64,000 bases of DNA, taken from a virus. Its lineage: Duplodnaviria; Caudoviricetes. The notes beneath the pieces were generated by a model. It had not been told where the DNA came from, searched no databases, and saw nothing but the letters and a program-made list of their open reading frames with translations. The number at the start of each line of letters is the position of its first letter. Position 1 is the first letter of the stretch. Below, piece after piece: positions 13,721-23,678 of this stretch. Position numbers and translations under genes: made by a program. The stretch lies in the IMG/VR virus record IMGVR_UViG_3300023174_000037. One strand, 5' to 3'.

Positions 13721-14714
13721 TTAACACACCTTTGTATGTTTCGTTCATCCAACGACCAAACGAGTCGGCACTTTCACTACATTTGTTCAATTCATACTTG
13801 CCACAGAACTGCATAAAACGCACACCAACTTGGCCAATGTCTTTGTGACTGATCTGCTCACGTATGGCAGCATCTACTGTATCTTTAATAGATTGTGGTT
13901 GTGCTGTCAGATCAATCAGTTCTCGATTACGTTCGTAATCATCTAACACTCTATGCTCTACACCATCTGGATCACTCCAGCGTTGCAGCATCATGTTGTT
14001 CCAATTATATCCTCGAGTCTTGCGATCTTTAAACGCCTCTTGGAGACCAACTTTATTTTTTGTTCCTTTAGTTCGAACACCTGGATAAGCCGAAAACACA
14101 TTGTCACTGCTGTCTCCTCGCATACACTTTTCAAAAAGTAGCCACTCCGGATTGGGAATTGTTTTTGGTTCTTTGGTTTTTTTATCAATGACGGCCTTTC
14201 CTTTGGCATCAAAGATTCCATCTATAGTGATTAGTTCGTCTGTGATACCATTATATTGTTTGACATTGGGTGCTACCAATTGAACAAAGTCTGTGTCACT
14301 GCTGATAACAATATGTTCATCTTGGGGGTGTAGTGCAATCCAGCGAGCGATGATATCGTCGCCTTCTGCTGTAGGACATCTTACAACTGAGCAGTTGGTT
14401 CTTTCACTCAAGTATTTAGTCAAACTATCATAAGTTTCCCAAAACATTTTATCTTCATCTGCTTGTGCTTCTGTCAGCGCAGCCCGGGCTACAGCACGGT
14501 TGTTTTTGTAGGGTTTATAGTAGTCTTTGCGCCAACTGCGTCCTTCCAAGGCAAATACCACATGATCAGCTTCAAAACGTCTAGCGACCTTGTTGGCACT
14601 CATTAGGGTTACATGGAGGGCAAATCCAATTTTCTCCCACGTGTCAGCGGCACGAAAAGCACCGTGTCTAGCACGAAAGAACATATTAGCCGTATCTATA
14701 AGAACATATTTCAT
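13713..14714 (-). CDS. rnh: T4-like RNase H / 5'-3' exonuclease (FEN1/PIN family)
   Basis: LIDTAN, EGDDII, SSDTDFVQL and GDSSDNV acidic motifs. Confidence 0.9.
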   Translation of the reverse strand: MKYVLIDTANMFFRARHGAFRAADTWEKIGFALHVTLMSANKVARRFEADHVVFALEGRSWRKDYYKPYKNNRAVARAALTEAQADEDKMFWETYDSLTKYLSERTNCSVVRCPTAEGDDIIARWIALHPQDEHIVISSDTDFVQLVAPNVKQYNGITDELITIDGIFDAKGKAVIDKKTKEPKTIPNPEWLLFEKCMRGDSSDNVFSAYPGVRTKGTKNKVGLQEAFKDRKTRGYNWNNMMLQRWSDPDGVEHRVLDDYERNRELIDLTAQPQSIKDTVDAAIREQISHKDIGQVGVRFMQFCGKYELNKCSESADSFGRWMNETYKGVLNG

Positions 14715-14720
14715 ACTGCT

Positions 14721-14749
14721 AGTATAACAGAAGTTATCTATTATGTCAA
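14721..14749 (-). promoter_or_regulatory. sigma70 promoter
   Basis: TTGACA-17 nt-TATACT. Confidence 0.8.
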
Positions 14750-15450
14750 ACGAATTTATTGGTCATTAGGTAATTGAGTAGATGTTTAAACCACCAACTA
14801 TGCCCATCGCGCCCATAATGGTATGAATCGGGCATGACCGTTTCAATTCCAGCGGCTTGTAATTGAGCATGATAGGTGCCGGCTGGATCGTATGGTCCAA
14901 TGTAATTAACGCCCCAATCTTTTTGGTCTGTAACGGAACTAAAGTCATTGTTACCATTAAAGAACACATGCGGAATATTCTGGTCTAGAAGTTCTTGGTG
15001 AAATGCCCAAATATCGTTGTGGGCTTGTTGAGTTTTGGCTCGCCAATCAAGACCGATTATATAGTTACGATATCTTTCTTGAGCTTCGACCGGAACTTGA
15101 TCAATGCCGCTGCCATTGACTTGGTAAGTAACACCATTGTATTCCCATTCTTCACGCTCCCAGGTACTCCATTGAATAACAACTAAAATATTTTGCAGGT
15201 TATTTTTTTGTTTTGCAATCCAAGCCCGGGTAGTTCTTAATATTCTAGCATTTGAGCTAGCACTTTCAGCTTCGCAATGAAATCCGGCACTAAGAGCAAG
15301 ACTCAACAGTTTTCCCCAAGTGACTTGGAGATTCTCTGGATGCGGTAGTCGTCCTAAATAATATAACGCAGGATCGTCTTCGGCAAATGCATGAGAGTTT
15401 ACTGCTTCTGCGCCGGCGGTGTGACTGTCGCCATTAACATACAAAATCAT
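14746..15450 (-). CDS. SGNH hydrolase-like protein
   Basis: YVNGDSHTAG, ASSN and DSYHY..GH motifs. Confidence 0.6.
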   Translation of the reverse strand: MILYVNGDSHTAGAEAVNSHAFAEDDPALYYLGRLPHPENLQVTWGKLLSLALSAGFHCEAESASSNARILRTTRAWIAKQKNNLQNILVVIQWSTWEREEWEYNGVTYQVNGSGIDQVPVEAQERYRNYIIGLDWRAKTQQAHNDIWAFHQELLDQNIPHVFFNGNNDFSSVTDQKDWGVNYIGPYDPAGTYHAQLQAAGIETVMPDSYHYGRDGHSWWFKHLLNYLMTNKFV

Positions 15451-16097
15451 AATACATTTTCTTTGGTATAGCGACTCAGTTCAATACCCCACGCCGCTTG
15501 AGCATCGGCACCATAATGGTATGGGTCGCCTTCGTTGGCCGAAATATAATTTGATTCAAACCATTTGGCCATGCATCCGTTAGGGTCGTAGGGCTTGTAA
15601 AAATTTCCATGCCAATCATGTTGATCGGTAATGGTGTTAAAATTATTATAGGTAGTCCAAAACAAATGTGGGATCCCACGTTCACGTAATTTTAAATGCA
15701 TGGCATAAATTCTGTCGTGCCACAACTGTGTCATTTTACGATAGTATTCACCAGTTAACGTTTTTTTCCATTCATTAAATCTAGCCTTCATTGGCTCGGG
15801 CATACCAAAGTCTGGTCCGCCACATACACTAATATTATTATAGAGCCAAGGCCATTCTTCTCGTTCAAAACTGGTCCAGCCAACAAACAACATTGTACCA
15901 GGGTCCCAACGATTGTCGGCTAAGAAATAGTCTATATGATTCTCAATCCAATAATTACTAGCACCATTTTTAGCCCAACAACTGAATGACTCACTAAATT
16001 GCCGGCTAAACACCACAATCATGTTGTCAATGTCTACTGGCTGTTCAGATTCAGTGCAAGCCGGATATAAGTTACTGTCACCAATGGCCAGGATCAT
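15447..16097 (-). CDS. SGNH hydrolase-like protein (paralog of 14746-15450)
   Basis: AIGDSN, GASN, WTSFEREEW and DPYHY motifs. Confidence 0.6.
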   Translation of the reverse strand: MILAIGDSNLYPACTESEQPVDIDNMIVVFSRQFSESFSCWAKNGASNYWIENHIDYFLADNRWDPGTMLFVGWTSFEREEWPWLYNNISVCGGPDFGMPEPMKARFNEWKKTLTGEYYRKMTQLWHDRIYAMHLKLRERGIPHLFWTTYNNFNTITDQHDWHGNFYKPYDPNGCMAKWFESNYISANEGDPYHYGADAQAAWGIELSRYTKENVL

Positions 16098-16480
16098 GAC
16101 ACTTCGGACCTTCCATCACCAATGTTACGTGACTTGACTACTCGATCACGTTCTGGATCCATAGCCTTGTATTGCTCGTATGTTTCCAACACAACGTTAC
16201 GACACACCGCAGTAAACCAACGATCTACAATGTCACTGTCGGTATCTTTTGGATTCATTTGATAACCAGCACGAACAAGATTGGCCACAAACTTATCATT
16301 CCAGTCAAGCTCGAATGCACCATTTTGCATATTCTCAGGATCAACCTCCATACTGAGAATATTCACATAAGGTTCGCCTTTTTCAGTAGCCAACTCCTTG
16401 GCAGTTTTTTCTGCCTTCTTGGGTCGGGGTTCAGCCTTGACTTCTGGCGGTTTCTTTTTAAAGCGATCAAATAATCCCAT
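16094..16480 (-). CDS. Hypothetical protein
   Basis: ORF track; coupled. Confidence 0.75.
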   Translation of the reverse strand: MGLFDRFKKKPPEVKAEPRPKKAEKTAKELATEKGEPYVNILSMEVDPENMQNGAFELDWNDKFVANLVRAGYQMNPKDTDSDIVDRWFTAVCRNVVLETYEQYKAMDPERDRVVKSRNIGDGRSEVS

Positions 16481-16488
16481 ACTGTCCT

Positions 16489-17727
16489 TTAGGTTCTTGT
16501 ATTGCCGTAATGCAACACAGCAATGCCGGGCATGTCAAATGGTAACTTGCGCCATGGATCAACAATGATACTGCCGGATTGAATTTCGCAGTATGGTTGT
16601 GTGTCAGGAGTGTTACCGGTATATTCGTAAGTGATCTTGCGATTGTGTGCCCATAAAAATATTGCAGGACCATCTACGGTATCCAAGCAACGATCTCGAT
16701 CATCAGCCAGTGGATCAACGTAGACCACAGGCAATCCAGCTTCTCGAACGTAGAATCCCACCAAGGTGCTGTAACTACCGATACAATATTCAACATCAGG
16801 CTTGTAGGCCTTGCCGTGAATCACAATGGGTAAACTGTATCTTTGTGCCTGATCAACTAAGAACAGGGCCAAGTTCTTGGCCTGAATTTCTCTGGCATGC
16901 ATTACTGTGTCAAACAAATCGTAACCAATGTTGTATTCTTCTGCTAACCAACGCAGGGCAATGTTATCTCTTGGATGGCAAGCACCAGCATCGCCCATGC
17001 CTGCTGTCATGTATTTAGGACCCATGATACGCATTGTGCTTCGTGCTAGAGCATTTGTAACTACGTCAACGTTGATGTGGCCAATCTTCATAGCAAAGTC
17101 TTGAATCATGTTTACAAGACCAACCTTGGCTGAAATAAATGTGTTGTAGAAAATTTTAATGGCTTCGCATTCATCCCATGTGCCAATTTCATAACGTGGA
17201 TTGTTCTGCATGATTGTTTCGTACAAGTCTCGCAGCTCACCAGCTACTCCAGTTAGGTTGCCATCTTCGGTACCTAACATGATCATTTCTGGATTGACCA
17301 TGTCCCACTTGACTGACCCCATGGCAATCAAATAAGGATTGTAAACAAACTGATGTTTTTTATCCAGCAACGGAACAAACTTGTTACGAGTCGTTCCGGG
17401 TAGCACTGTTGAAATTAGCACTACTTTTTTAGGTGTAATGGCGTGTTGGTTTACTTTGTTGATAGCATCAATCACTGCATCATGCCCAAAATCTTTGGGG
17501 GTCATGTGGCTTGACGGAACTGATCCATCGTAACCTTCAGCGTGTGGAGTAGGCACGGCAATAAAAATCCATTCGCTTTCGTTGACTACTTCACTGATGT
17601 CACATACTTTTACCGTATTGCTAACCCGTGGATGAATATCGTAACCACGAACTTCGTGCTTTTCAGCAAACACTTCTGCACAGTCTAGGCCTAATTTTCC
17701 AATTCCAACAAATCCAATTTTTTTCAT
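16489..17727 (-). CDS. UDP-glucose/GDP-mannose dehydrogenase family protein
   Basis: GIGKLG, IAVPTP, STVLPGT, E.IK.FYN and GGxC-like (GACHPRD) motifs. Confidence 0.9.
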   Translation of the reverse strand: MKKIGFVGIGKLGLDCAEVFAEKHEVRGYDIHPRVSNTVKVCDISEVVNESEWIFIAVPTPHAEGYDGSVPSSHMTPKDFGHDAVIDAINKVNQHAITPKKVVLISTVLPGTTRNKFVPLLDKKHQFVYNPYLIAMGSVKWDMVNPEMIMLGTEDGNLTGVAGELRDLYETIMQNNPRYEIGTWDECEAIKIFYNTFISAKVGLVNMIQDFAMKIGHINVDVVTNALARSTMRIMGPKYMTAGMGDAGACHPRDNIALRWLAEEYNIGYDLFDTVMHAREIQAKNLALFLVDQAQRYSLPIVIHGKAYKPDVEYCIGSYSTLVGFYVREAGLPVVYVDPLADDRDRCLDTVDGPAIFLWAHNRKITYEYTGNTPDTQPYCEIQSGSIIVDPWRKLPFDMPGIAVLHYGNTRT

Positions 17728-17780
17728 GTAAGTCCTTAAAGATAAATGATATAATAATTTATCCGTGTTTTGACCGGTGA

Positions 17781-18572
17781 TTAAGATTTCTTGAACACAG
17801 GAATAGGATTCATTTTGTGTAGGCTACGGGCACGGATAGCACGATATTTTTTTAAGATATCTTGCATAGATGGACTGTCGGTTATTAGTTCACCAGTGTC
17901 CATACGCATAGCGGCTTCTAACTCAACATATTTAAGTCCGCCTAGTTGATCTTGATCTGTGCGACCGTCATCCCATAGTCCATCTGTAGGAGCCGCATCA
18001 ATAATATCTTGTAGTATTCCCAACTCACGACCCATTTGCCATACTTCAGTTTTGTAACAGTCAGCAATGGGACTGATATCTACACCACCGTCACCGTATT
18101 TGGTATAAAATCCCACACCAAAGTCTTCTACTTTGTTACCGGTACCTACTACAATACCTTGAACCGTTTGAGCAATTTGATATAGTGTAACCATACGCAG
18201 GCGACTACGGCTATTGGCCAATCCTAGCAAGTTTGGATAGGTAGCAAGACGCTGTTCAAACTCATCAAAGGTTGAAGTTAAATCAATGATATCATGACGC
18301 ACGTTGTCAAAGCGTTCGGTTAACCAAGCACCTTGACGCATACTAAGATCATGCAAGTCTGGACGTTGACGGATCGGCATGGTCACTGCCACGGTGTTTA
18401 ATCCAGTTCTAGCACATAGCGCACTGACCACAGCACTGTCAATGCCTCCACTAATACCTACTACCAAACTTTTCATACCAGCCTGTTGGGCATAGTCTTT
18501 GATCCAGGCAGTGATACGATCCTGTAATGATTCTGTTGCTGATACTCGATCTTCAGTTGTAAATGTTGTCAT
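17781..18572 (-). CDS. nadE: NH3-dependent NAD+ synthetase
   Basis: SGGIDS, GTGNKVE, GFYTKYGDGG and PTDGLW motifs. Confidence 0.95.
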   Translation of the reverse strand: MTTFTTEDRVSATESLQDRITAWIKDYAQQAGMKSLVVGISGGIDSAVVSALCARTGLNTVAVTMPIRQRPDLHDLSMRQGAWLTERFDNVRHDIIDLTSTFDEFEQRLATYPNLLGLANSRSRLRMVTLYQIAQTVQGIVVGTGNKVEDFGVGFYTKYGDGGVDISPIADCYKTEVWQMGRELGILQDIIDAAPTDGLWDDGRTDQDQLGGLKYVELEAAMRMDTGELITDSPSMQDILKKYRAIRARSLHKMNPIPVFKKS

Positions 18573-18574
18573 TT

Positions 18575-18928
18575 TTACTTAACCAAATGTTGTGCTAGTA
18601 CCATCAGGCTCAACCATACCCACATGGTATTAAAACCCACTAACGTTGGTAAGAACTTTTTGTTACTGGCCCAGATAAGTGTTAGGCTGGTAGCCAAGGT
18701 TAAAAAATACAACCACCATAGTTGAATACCGAACACCAATCCCGGAATAATGATAATGGCCTTGGCCAACCAACTGACAAACTCTACTGTATTGTAGTCA
18801 GTCCAGTATGCACGGGTGAACCACATGCCGTAGCACTCTTTGACTTTATCCCAGCCAATGTGTGTGTAACTAACACCGATTAATATTGCCCATACACCTA
18901 CTGCCGCTACAATTTGTATTGTTGTCAT
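18575..18928 (-). CDS. Small multi-pass membrane protein
   Basis: Three to four hydrophobic segments; directly upstream of nadE. Confidence 0.7.
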   Translation of the reverse strand: MTTIQIVAAVGVWAILIGVSYTHIGWDKVKECYGMWFTRAYWTDYNTVEFVSWLAKAIIIIPGLVFGIQLWWLYFLTLATSLTLIWASNKKFLPTLVGFNTMWVWLSLMVLAQHLVK

Positions 18929-18940
18929 TTTGTTTCCTTT

Positions 18941-19147
18941 TTAAGTTTTTAACTTGACCCATATTTCGTAATATGGATCGTACCGCCATCCTGTTGGAGG
19001 ATCTAATGGATTATAAAATTCTGGATGTGTTTGTGGAGTCATTTTAGGAGCATACCTTTGTTGATACTCTCGAACAATCATTGATCTGGTATTTTCATCA
19101 GTATACTGATCAGCATACATGCTTTCTATCAATTTTTCAAATTCCAT
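18941..19147 (-). CDS. Hypothetical protein
   Basis: ORF track. Confidence 0.65.
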   Translation of the reverse strand: MEFEKLIESMYADQYTDENTRSMIVREYQQRYAPKMTPQTHPEFYNPLDPPTGWRYDPYYEIWVKLKT

Positions 19148-19365
19148 ATTAAATGTTCCTTTGATTCGTGATATCTAAATTCAAACACAGTCTCACCGGG
19201 TCCTGTATACATTGCGGTTCCTTCGTAAACTGTGCGTAACCATAACCAACGTCCTGTTATAGCACTACGCTTGGGCCACCAAATAAACTTTAGCCGCCAT
19301 ACCGCTTTGTGATAAAAATGATCATATGTATCCACACCGGGATTATAATAACCAGTGCCCATCAA
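19129..19365 (-). CDS. Hypothetical Trp-rich protein
   Basis: ORF track. Confidence 0.6.
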   Translation of the reverse strand: MMGTGYYNPGVDTYDHFYHKAVWRLKFIWWPKRSAITGRWLWLRTVYEGTAMYTGPGETVFEFRYHESKEHLIWNLKN

Positions 19366-20223
19366 TCAAGTGCCCCACTCATTTTTAAATAATGGCACTT
19401 GTAAGCGATCGCTGTAACGAAGTCCGTGTTTCATTGCCAACAATGCTACATTACGATTGTTTAGTGCATAAACACTTTCAACACCGCCTACTGGCATTAG
19501 ATAAACATGTCCGTTAAATCCTGCTCGACGATATGCAGCAACGGCACACTCAGCATCGGCAAAGTCTTGTTCAGTAGCAATAACAAACTTCAAATATGCT
19601 GTGCCATATTCTTCATAGTCACAAACTACTGTGGGTAGGATGGCTTCTTCCCACTTCTCACCACTGCATGGCAGTTTGGCACTGACACTAAATGTAATCT
19701 CTCGCCAAAAGTCTCGGTCATGATGTGATTTCCAAGTGTGCAAATACGAAGAAAATTCTGGGGTAAGTTTCTGAGTACCGTTGGTTTCGAAGGTAATTTC
19801 TTTTAGTCCGGCCATCTTGGGATGATTCAGCAAGTCTGGATAAGCACGTTGCCAACCCAGCAATGGCTCGCCACCAGTGATGACCAAGTGTTCATCACGC
19901 CATTCACCGTGCGGAAGTATTTCCATAATGCGTTCCACAATGGCGTCTGTTGTGAGCACTGGACTTAAATTCTTAAAACTAGGATGCCAACTAGCATAGC
20001 TGTCACAACCAGTGCTGACTAATGGCAATTCTTCATATCGGTTATATAGGTGTGCAACCTCACTGAGCTCTTCGGCTTCTGCACTCAACTCACCACGTGG
20101 CATGCCAAAGCCAGCACATTTAAAGTTACAACCAAATGTGCGTAGGAACACAGAAGGAACGCCCATATAGCGTCCTTCGCCTTGCACTGAATAGAATAAT
20201 TCTGCTATTTTTAATTTACTCAT
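19366..20223 (-). CDS. queE: 7-carboxy-7-deazaguanine synthase (radical SAM)
   Basis: ELFYSVQGEG..G.PSVFLRTFGCNFKC...CDS, ITGGEPLL and ETNGT motifs. Confidence 0.92.
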   Translation of the reverse strand: MSKLKIAELFYSVQGEGRYMGVPSVFLRTFGCNFKCAGFGMPRGELSAEAEELSEVAHLYNRYEELPLVSTGCDSYASWHPSFKNLSPVLTTDAIVERIMEILPHGEWRDEHLVITGGEPLLGWQRAYPDLLNHPKMAGLKEITFETNGTQKLTPEFSSYLHTWKSHHDRDFWREITFSVSAKLPCSGEKWEEAILPTVVCDYEEYGTAYLKFVIATEQDFADAECAVAAYRRAGFNGHVYLMPVGGVESVYALNNRNVALLAMKHGLRYSDRLQVPLFKNEWGT

Positions 20224-20416
20224 TGTTGACCTTTAATGGAATGCCTCTAAACATGTATTGCACGGAATTGTCTCGTTGAAATGCTTTATCAAAACTACTA
20301 AAGTGTTGATTAAATTCTTCGGGTGTCAGTTCAAAATGATCAATGGGTTCTTTGCTGTCAGCAATGGCCTTTTTCATTTCTTCTAATAAATCGGGTTTTC
20401 TATAATGTATTTTCAT
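20216..20416 (-). CDS. Hypothetical protein (start MKIHY)
   Basis: ORF track; ATGA coupling. Confidence 0.6.
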   Translation of the reverse strand: MKIHYRKPDLLEEMKKAIADSKEPIDHFELTPEEFNQHFSSFDKAFQRDNSVQYMFRGIPLKVNNE

Positions 20417-20946
20417 CGCCACCAATCCTCCCAAGGAAAAACAATCCACACATCTTCTTCGGCTTTATTTAGATCAACTGCACTATAACTAATTTTTAAT
20501 TCACTCTTACTTGCTTCATTATCTACTAATGCCGCAACACGAACATTATTACCCCACACTTCTGCCCAGCGTTCATCATCGGGTAAGCAACCTGATTGCC
20601 AATCTTGTTTGATCCAGTTTAGTGTAGCACCTGAGTCGTTAATATCGTCAACAATAAGAATACGTTTACGACCATTGCCAGAGCACATGGCATCATAAAC
20701 AGGGTATCCGAATGCATCCTCGGCCATCCACAAGTTACTTTCTGGTCCGTGTTCACTATCACGTAAACTTACTTTAAGGCATTCCATTGGAATTTCTAAG
20801 TATTGGCTAATAAGATTAGCCGGCACCAATCCACCACGTGTAAGACCTACTACATAATCGGGTAGCCATGCATCACGTTGTAGTTGACGTAGAATTTCTT
20901 GTGTTTGATTTTCGATATCTTGCCAAGAGTAGTATATTTTCTTCAT
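20413..20946 (-). CDS. Type I phosphoribosyltransferase (xanthine/hypoxanthine PRT-like)
   Basis: GLTRGGLVPA, LIVDDINDSGATL PRPP loop and WIVFPWE. Confidence 0.88.
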   Translation of the reverse strand: MKKIYYSWQDIENQTQEILRQLQRDAWLPDYVVGLTRGGLVPANLISQYLEIPMECLKVSLRDSEHGPESNLWMAEDAFGYPVYDAMCSGNGRKRILIVDDINDSGATLNWIKQDWQSGCLPDDERWAEVWGNNVRVAALVDNEASKSELKISYSAVDLNKAEEDVWIVFPWEDWWR

Positions 20947-20951
20947 ATGCT

Positions 20952-20981
20952 ATTATACAGTAGTTCACTGCTGTCTGTCAA
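20952..20981 (-). promoter_or_regulatory. sigma70 promoter
   Basis: TTGACA-18 nt-TATAAT. Confidence 0.75.
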
Positions 20982-21920
20982 CTATCTTGTAAGCCATTCA
21001 GGGTTATTGATATACCAATTGACCGTTTGATTTAACCGTTGTTCATAGGAGTCGGGTGCTTGCCAGCCTAGCGTGTATAATCGGCTAGGATCAACACTAA
21101 AGCACAAGTCGTGTCCAGGACGATCAACTGGAACCAAACGATAAGATAATTCACGACCCATTATCTGAGCAATGTTCTGAGCAAATTCAAGATTATTGAT
21201 AAACCTATCTCCAGCACTGTTCCATTTTTCACAACGGGTCAATTGTGTTTTCAATACAAATCGAGTATGGCTGGCTACATCTCCAGCATAGAACCAACGA
21301 CGTCCACCAATCCGATCACTGGGCCCCACATGTATGTCCAAGGTTTCGTTGTTGAGTAATTTGCGTATGATAATCACGGGCAAACGATTACTTTGGCAAC
21401 GTGGACCAAAGGTATTGTTAATATGTATAATGCTTGTAGAAACATCAAACGAGTTGGCATAGGCAAGGCACAGTTCTTCACCGGCGGCTTTGCTGGCCGC
21501 ATAAGGACTATTGCTGTTGTAGGCATCAGTTGTTTGACTGTCTTGACCAATTGGAACAGGACCATATACTTCTCCTGAACTATAGTAGACAAATCGATCA
21601 ACACCGGTATGGCGGGCATATTCTAGTAAGTTTAGTGTGCCCAACACATTGTCCATAACGGAGGCAGTAGGGTCGCTCAAGCTATCAGCGGCGCTGGGAT
21701 TAGCTCCTGCATGTAATACGATATCAGCTTTTGGAAGATTATCACAAGGATTTTTAATATCGTGTTCAATGATTTCAATGTCATTGACAAATTCTTCTAG
21801 TCTAATCATGTTGGTAGATCCAGGACGGACCACACAAATCACACGATAATCTTTAAGAAATTCCTCCACTAGGTAGTGTCCAATAAATCCATTGGCACCA
21901 GTGATTAAAACTGTTTTCAT
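20982..21920 (-). CDS. NAD-dependent nucleotide-sugar epimerase/dehydratase
   Basis: TGANGFIG and YAASK (YxxxK) motifs. Confidence 0.9.
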   Translation of the reverse strand: MKTVLITGANGFIGHYLVEEFLKDYRVICVVRPGSTNMIRLEEFVNDIEIIEHDIKNPCDNLPKADIVLHAGANPSAADSLSDPTASVMDNVLGTLNLLEYARHTGVDRFVYYSSGEVYGPVPIGQDSQTTDAYNSNSPYAASKAAGEELCLAYANSFDVSTSIIHINNTFGPRCQSNRLPVIIIRKLLNNETLDIHVGPSDRIGGRRWFYAGDVASHTRFVLKTQLTRCEKWNSAGDRFINNLEFAQNIAQIMGRELSYRLVPVDRPGHDLCFSVDPSRLYTLGWQAPDSYEQRLNQTVNWYINNPEWLTR

Positions 21921-22597
21921 GGTTGGTATTTGTAAACAGTATCAGAATGTTCGTGCATAATTTCTTGATAGCCTCGATCACTGAGAAACTTGTTAAACGT
22001 AGTTTTATCGATTCCGTATCTAGCAGACCATGCATCAAACCACTCTACTATGATCACAGGATGATATTGTTCAATAGTACCAACAGCACCTTGTAAAGCA
22101 AAATACTCATAGCCTTCTATGTCCAATTGAATAAGATCGCACCCGGGCAGATTCAGGTCATCAATACGCACAGTGGGTATATTTCCTTTTTGTCCCACAT
22201 GCATACCACCTGCTTCTAAACCATCGTCACTGACGTGCCCGTCTAATTCTATAAAGATTTTTTCCTTACCTAGGCATGCTTGAGTCTTTATTACATTCCT
22301 AGGACTGTTCAATGTAAGGCACAGAAAGTTTATTGGATCTGGTTCAAATGTATACACTGTGTTAAACCACTTTGCGTATTCTCGAACGTATTGTCCACAA
22401 TTTCCTCCTGCTTGAATCATGATATTACGATTGGGAATATGATCCATTAATGTTTTTAAAAACGCTGGTGTCACTGGGAAGTCATGCATGGCCCTCCAAG
22501 TTCCTCGATCATATTTAGGCCAAAACAACGGATCAACTTCCGGTAACCGCTCGGACGTTCTAACTTCAACAATGTTATTTAATTCTTCATTGGTCAT
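21917..22597 (-). CDS. FkbM-family methyltransferase
   Basis: QAGGNCG, FEP and LDIEGYE motifs. Confidence 0.85.
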   Translation of the reverse strand: MTNEELNNIVEVRTSERLPEVDPLFWPKYDRGTWRAMHDFPVTPAFLKTLMDHIPNRNIMIQAGGNCGQYVREYAKWFNTVYTFEPDPINFLCLTLNSPRNVIKTQACLGKEKIFIELDGHVSDDGLEAGGMHVGQKGNIPTVRIDDLNLPGCDLIQLDIEGYEYFALQGAVGTIEQYHPVIIVEWFDAWSARYGIDKTTFNKFLSDRGYQEIMHEHSDTVYKYQP

Positions 22598-23073
22598 GTT
22601 CTTCTCACATTTAAATACGTTGGCTGGTTGCTATATAAAAACTCCGGCCACATGGATTCTAGTTCAGCTATACTATTGGGCTGATAGATCTTGATGTTGG
22701 GAAATACCGCAACAGCATGAGCAGCATCTTCGGCCCAATGACTAAAACCCAAATGTCCATAATCCTGATCACGCCCTACACCTACCAACTTAACTGGAGC
22801 CAGCTCATGATCTAGATAATTGCGTAGCCACTCATACGGACGAAAGATTACAAACGGAGTAATGCTGTAGCAAACAGGTATCTTGCCACAGTGTGTAAGT
22901 CCTACAGCGGTGCCCAACATCAGCTGTTCTGCAGCACCTACATTAAGAGCACGATCGGGTGCCACTTCTCTTGATCGGTTAAGCACACCAAAGCCAAGGT
23001 CGCCTGACAACAACCATACATTAGTATCTTTGGCCAACGAGTCAGCCATGAGTTCACCAAATCTATTTCTCAT
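22594..23073 (-). CDS. Transketolase-like, C-terminal (pyrimidine-binding) subunit
   Basis: GDLGFG, NVGAAEQ and SH motifs. Confidence 0.88.
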   Translation of the reverse strand: MRNRFGELMADSLAKDTNVWLLSGDLGFGVLNRSREVAPDRALNVGAAEQLMLGTAVGLTHCGKIPVCYSITPFVIFRPYEWLRNYLDHELAPVKLVGVGRDQDYGHLGFSHWAEDAAHAVAVFPNIKIYQPNSIAELESMWPEFLYSNQPTYLNVRRT

Positions 23074-23678
23074 AGTTGATCCAAATCTTCTGGTTTTAAC
23101 ACATAGTAATGCGTGAGTATTCCTTGGGCAAACGGCCAGTTGGGTGGTGCGGTTTCACGTATATTGATTCTTGGCAAAAATGCCTGTAACCTACGAATGA
23201 TATATTCTTTATCAATAAAGTCATAAGCAATCATGCCGTTGACGTTTACATATACTTCTAGGTTGTCTAATTTAGCTTCGTAAATAAAACGCAGTGCTTC
23301 CCATATGCTACCTTCGCCACACTCACCGTCACTGATTAAACAATGAACTCTACGACTGCGATCAGCCAAGGCATATCCACAAGCCACTGTAAGTCCCATG
23401 CCTAGGCTACCAGAACTACAAGGCAAGCCGTCTTCAATATTTCTATGTGGATGAACTCCGTGTTTGTGGAACAGGTGTTCAGCATCCTTGCCTAGGTATT
23501 TTTCCAATACTACATACCAAGCCAAGGCCGCATGACCTGAGCTTAAAATAAACGGCTCGTTGGGCTGACGATTTTTGTAAATTTCTTCAATGATATTAAC
23601 TGCGTTAAGATTAGAACTTAGATGTCCAATCTTTTCGCGATAGCTGATATCAATGATTCTTTGTTCAACATCGTTCAT
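23070..23678 (-). CDS. Transketolase-like, N-terminal ThDP-binding subunit
   Basis: GHLSS, LSSGHA, GSLGMGL and SDGE..EG..WEA motifs. Confidence 0.88.
   Translation of the reverse strand: MNDVEQRIIDISYREKIGHLSSNLNAVNIIEEIYKNRQPNEPFILSSGHAALAWYVVLEKYLGKDAEHLFHKHGVHPHRNIEDGLPCSSGSLGMGLTVACGYALADRSRRVHCLISDGECGEGSIWEALRFIYEAKLDNLEVYVNVNGMIAYDFIDKEYIIRRLQAFLPRINIRETAPPNWPFAQGILTHYYVLKPEDLDQL

Noticed and set aside
17781-18572. NadE acting as the missing QueC-like CDG amidase
   Set aside because: The sequence carries all canonical NAD-synthetase substrate motifs, and queC may simply lie outside the window
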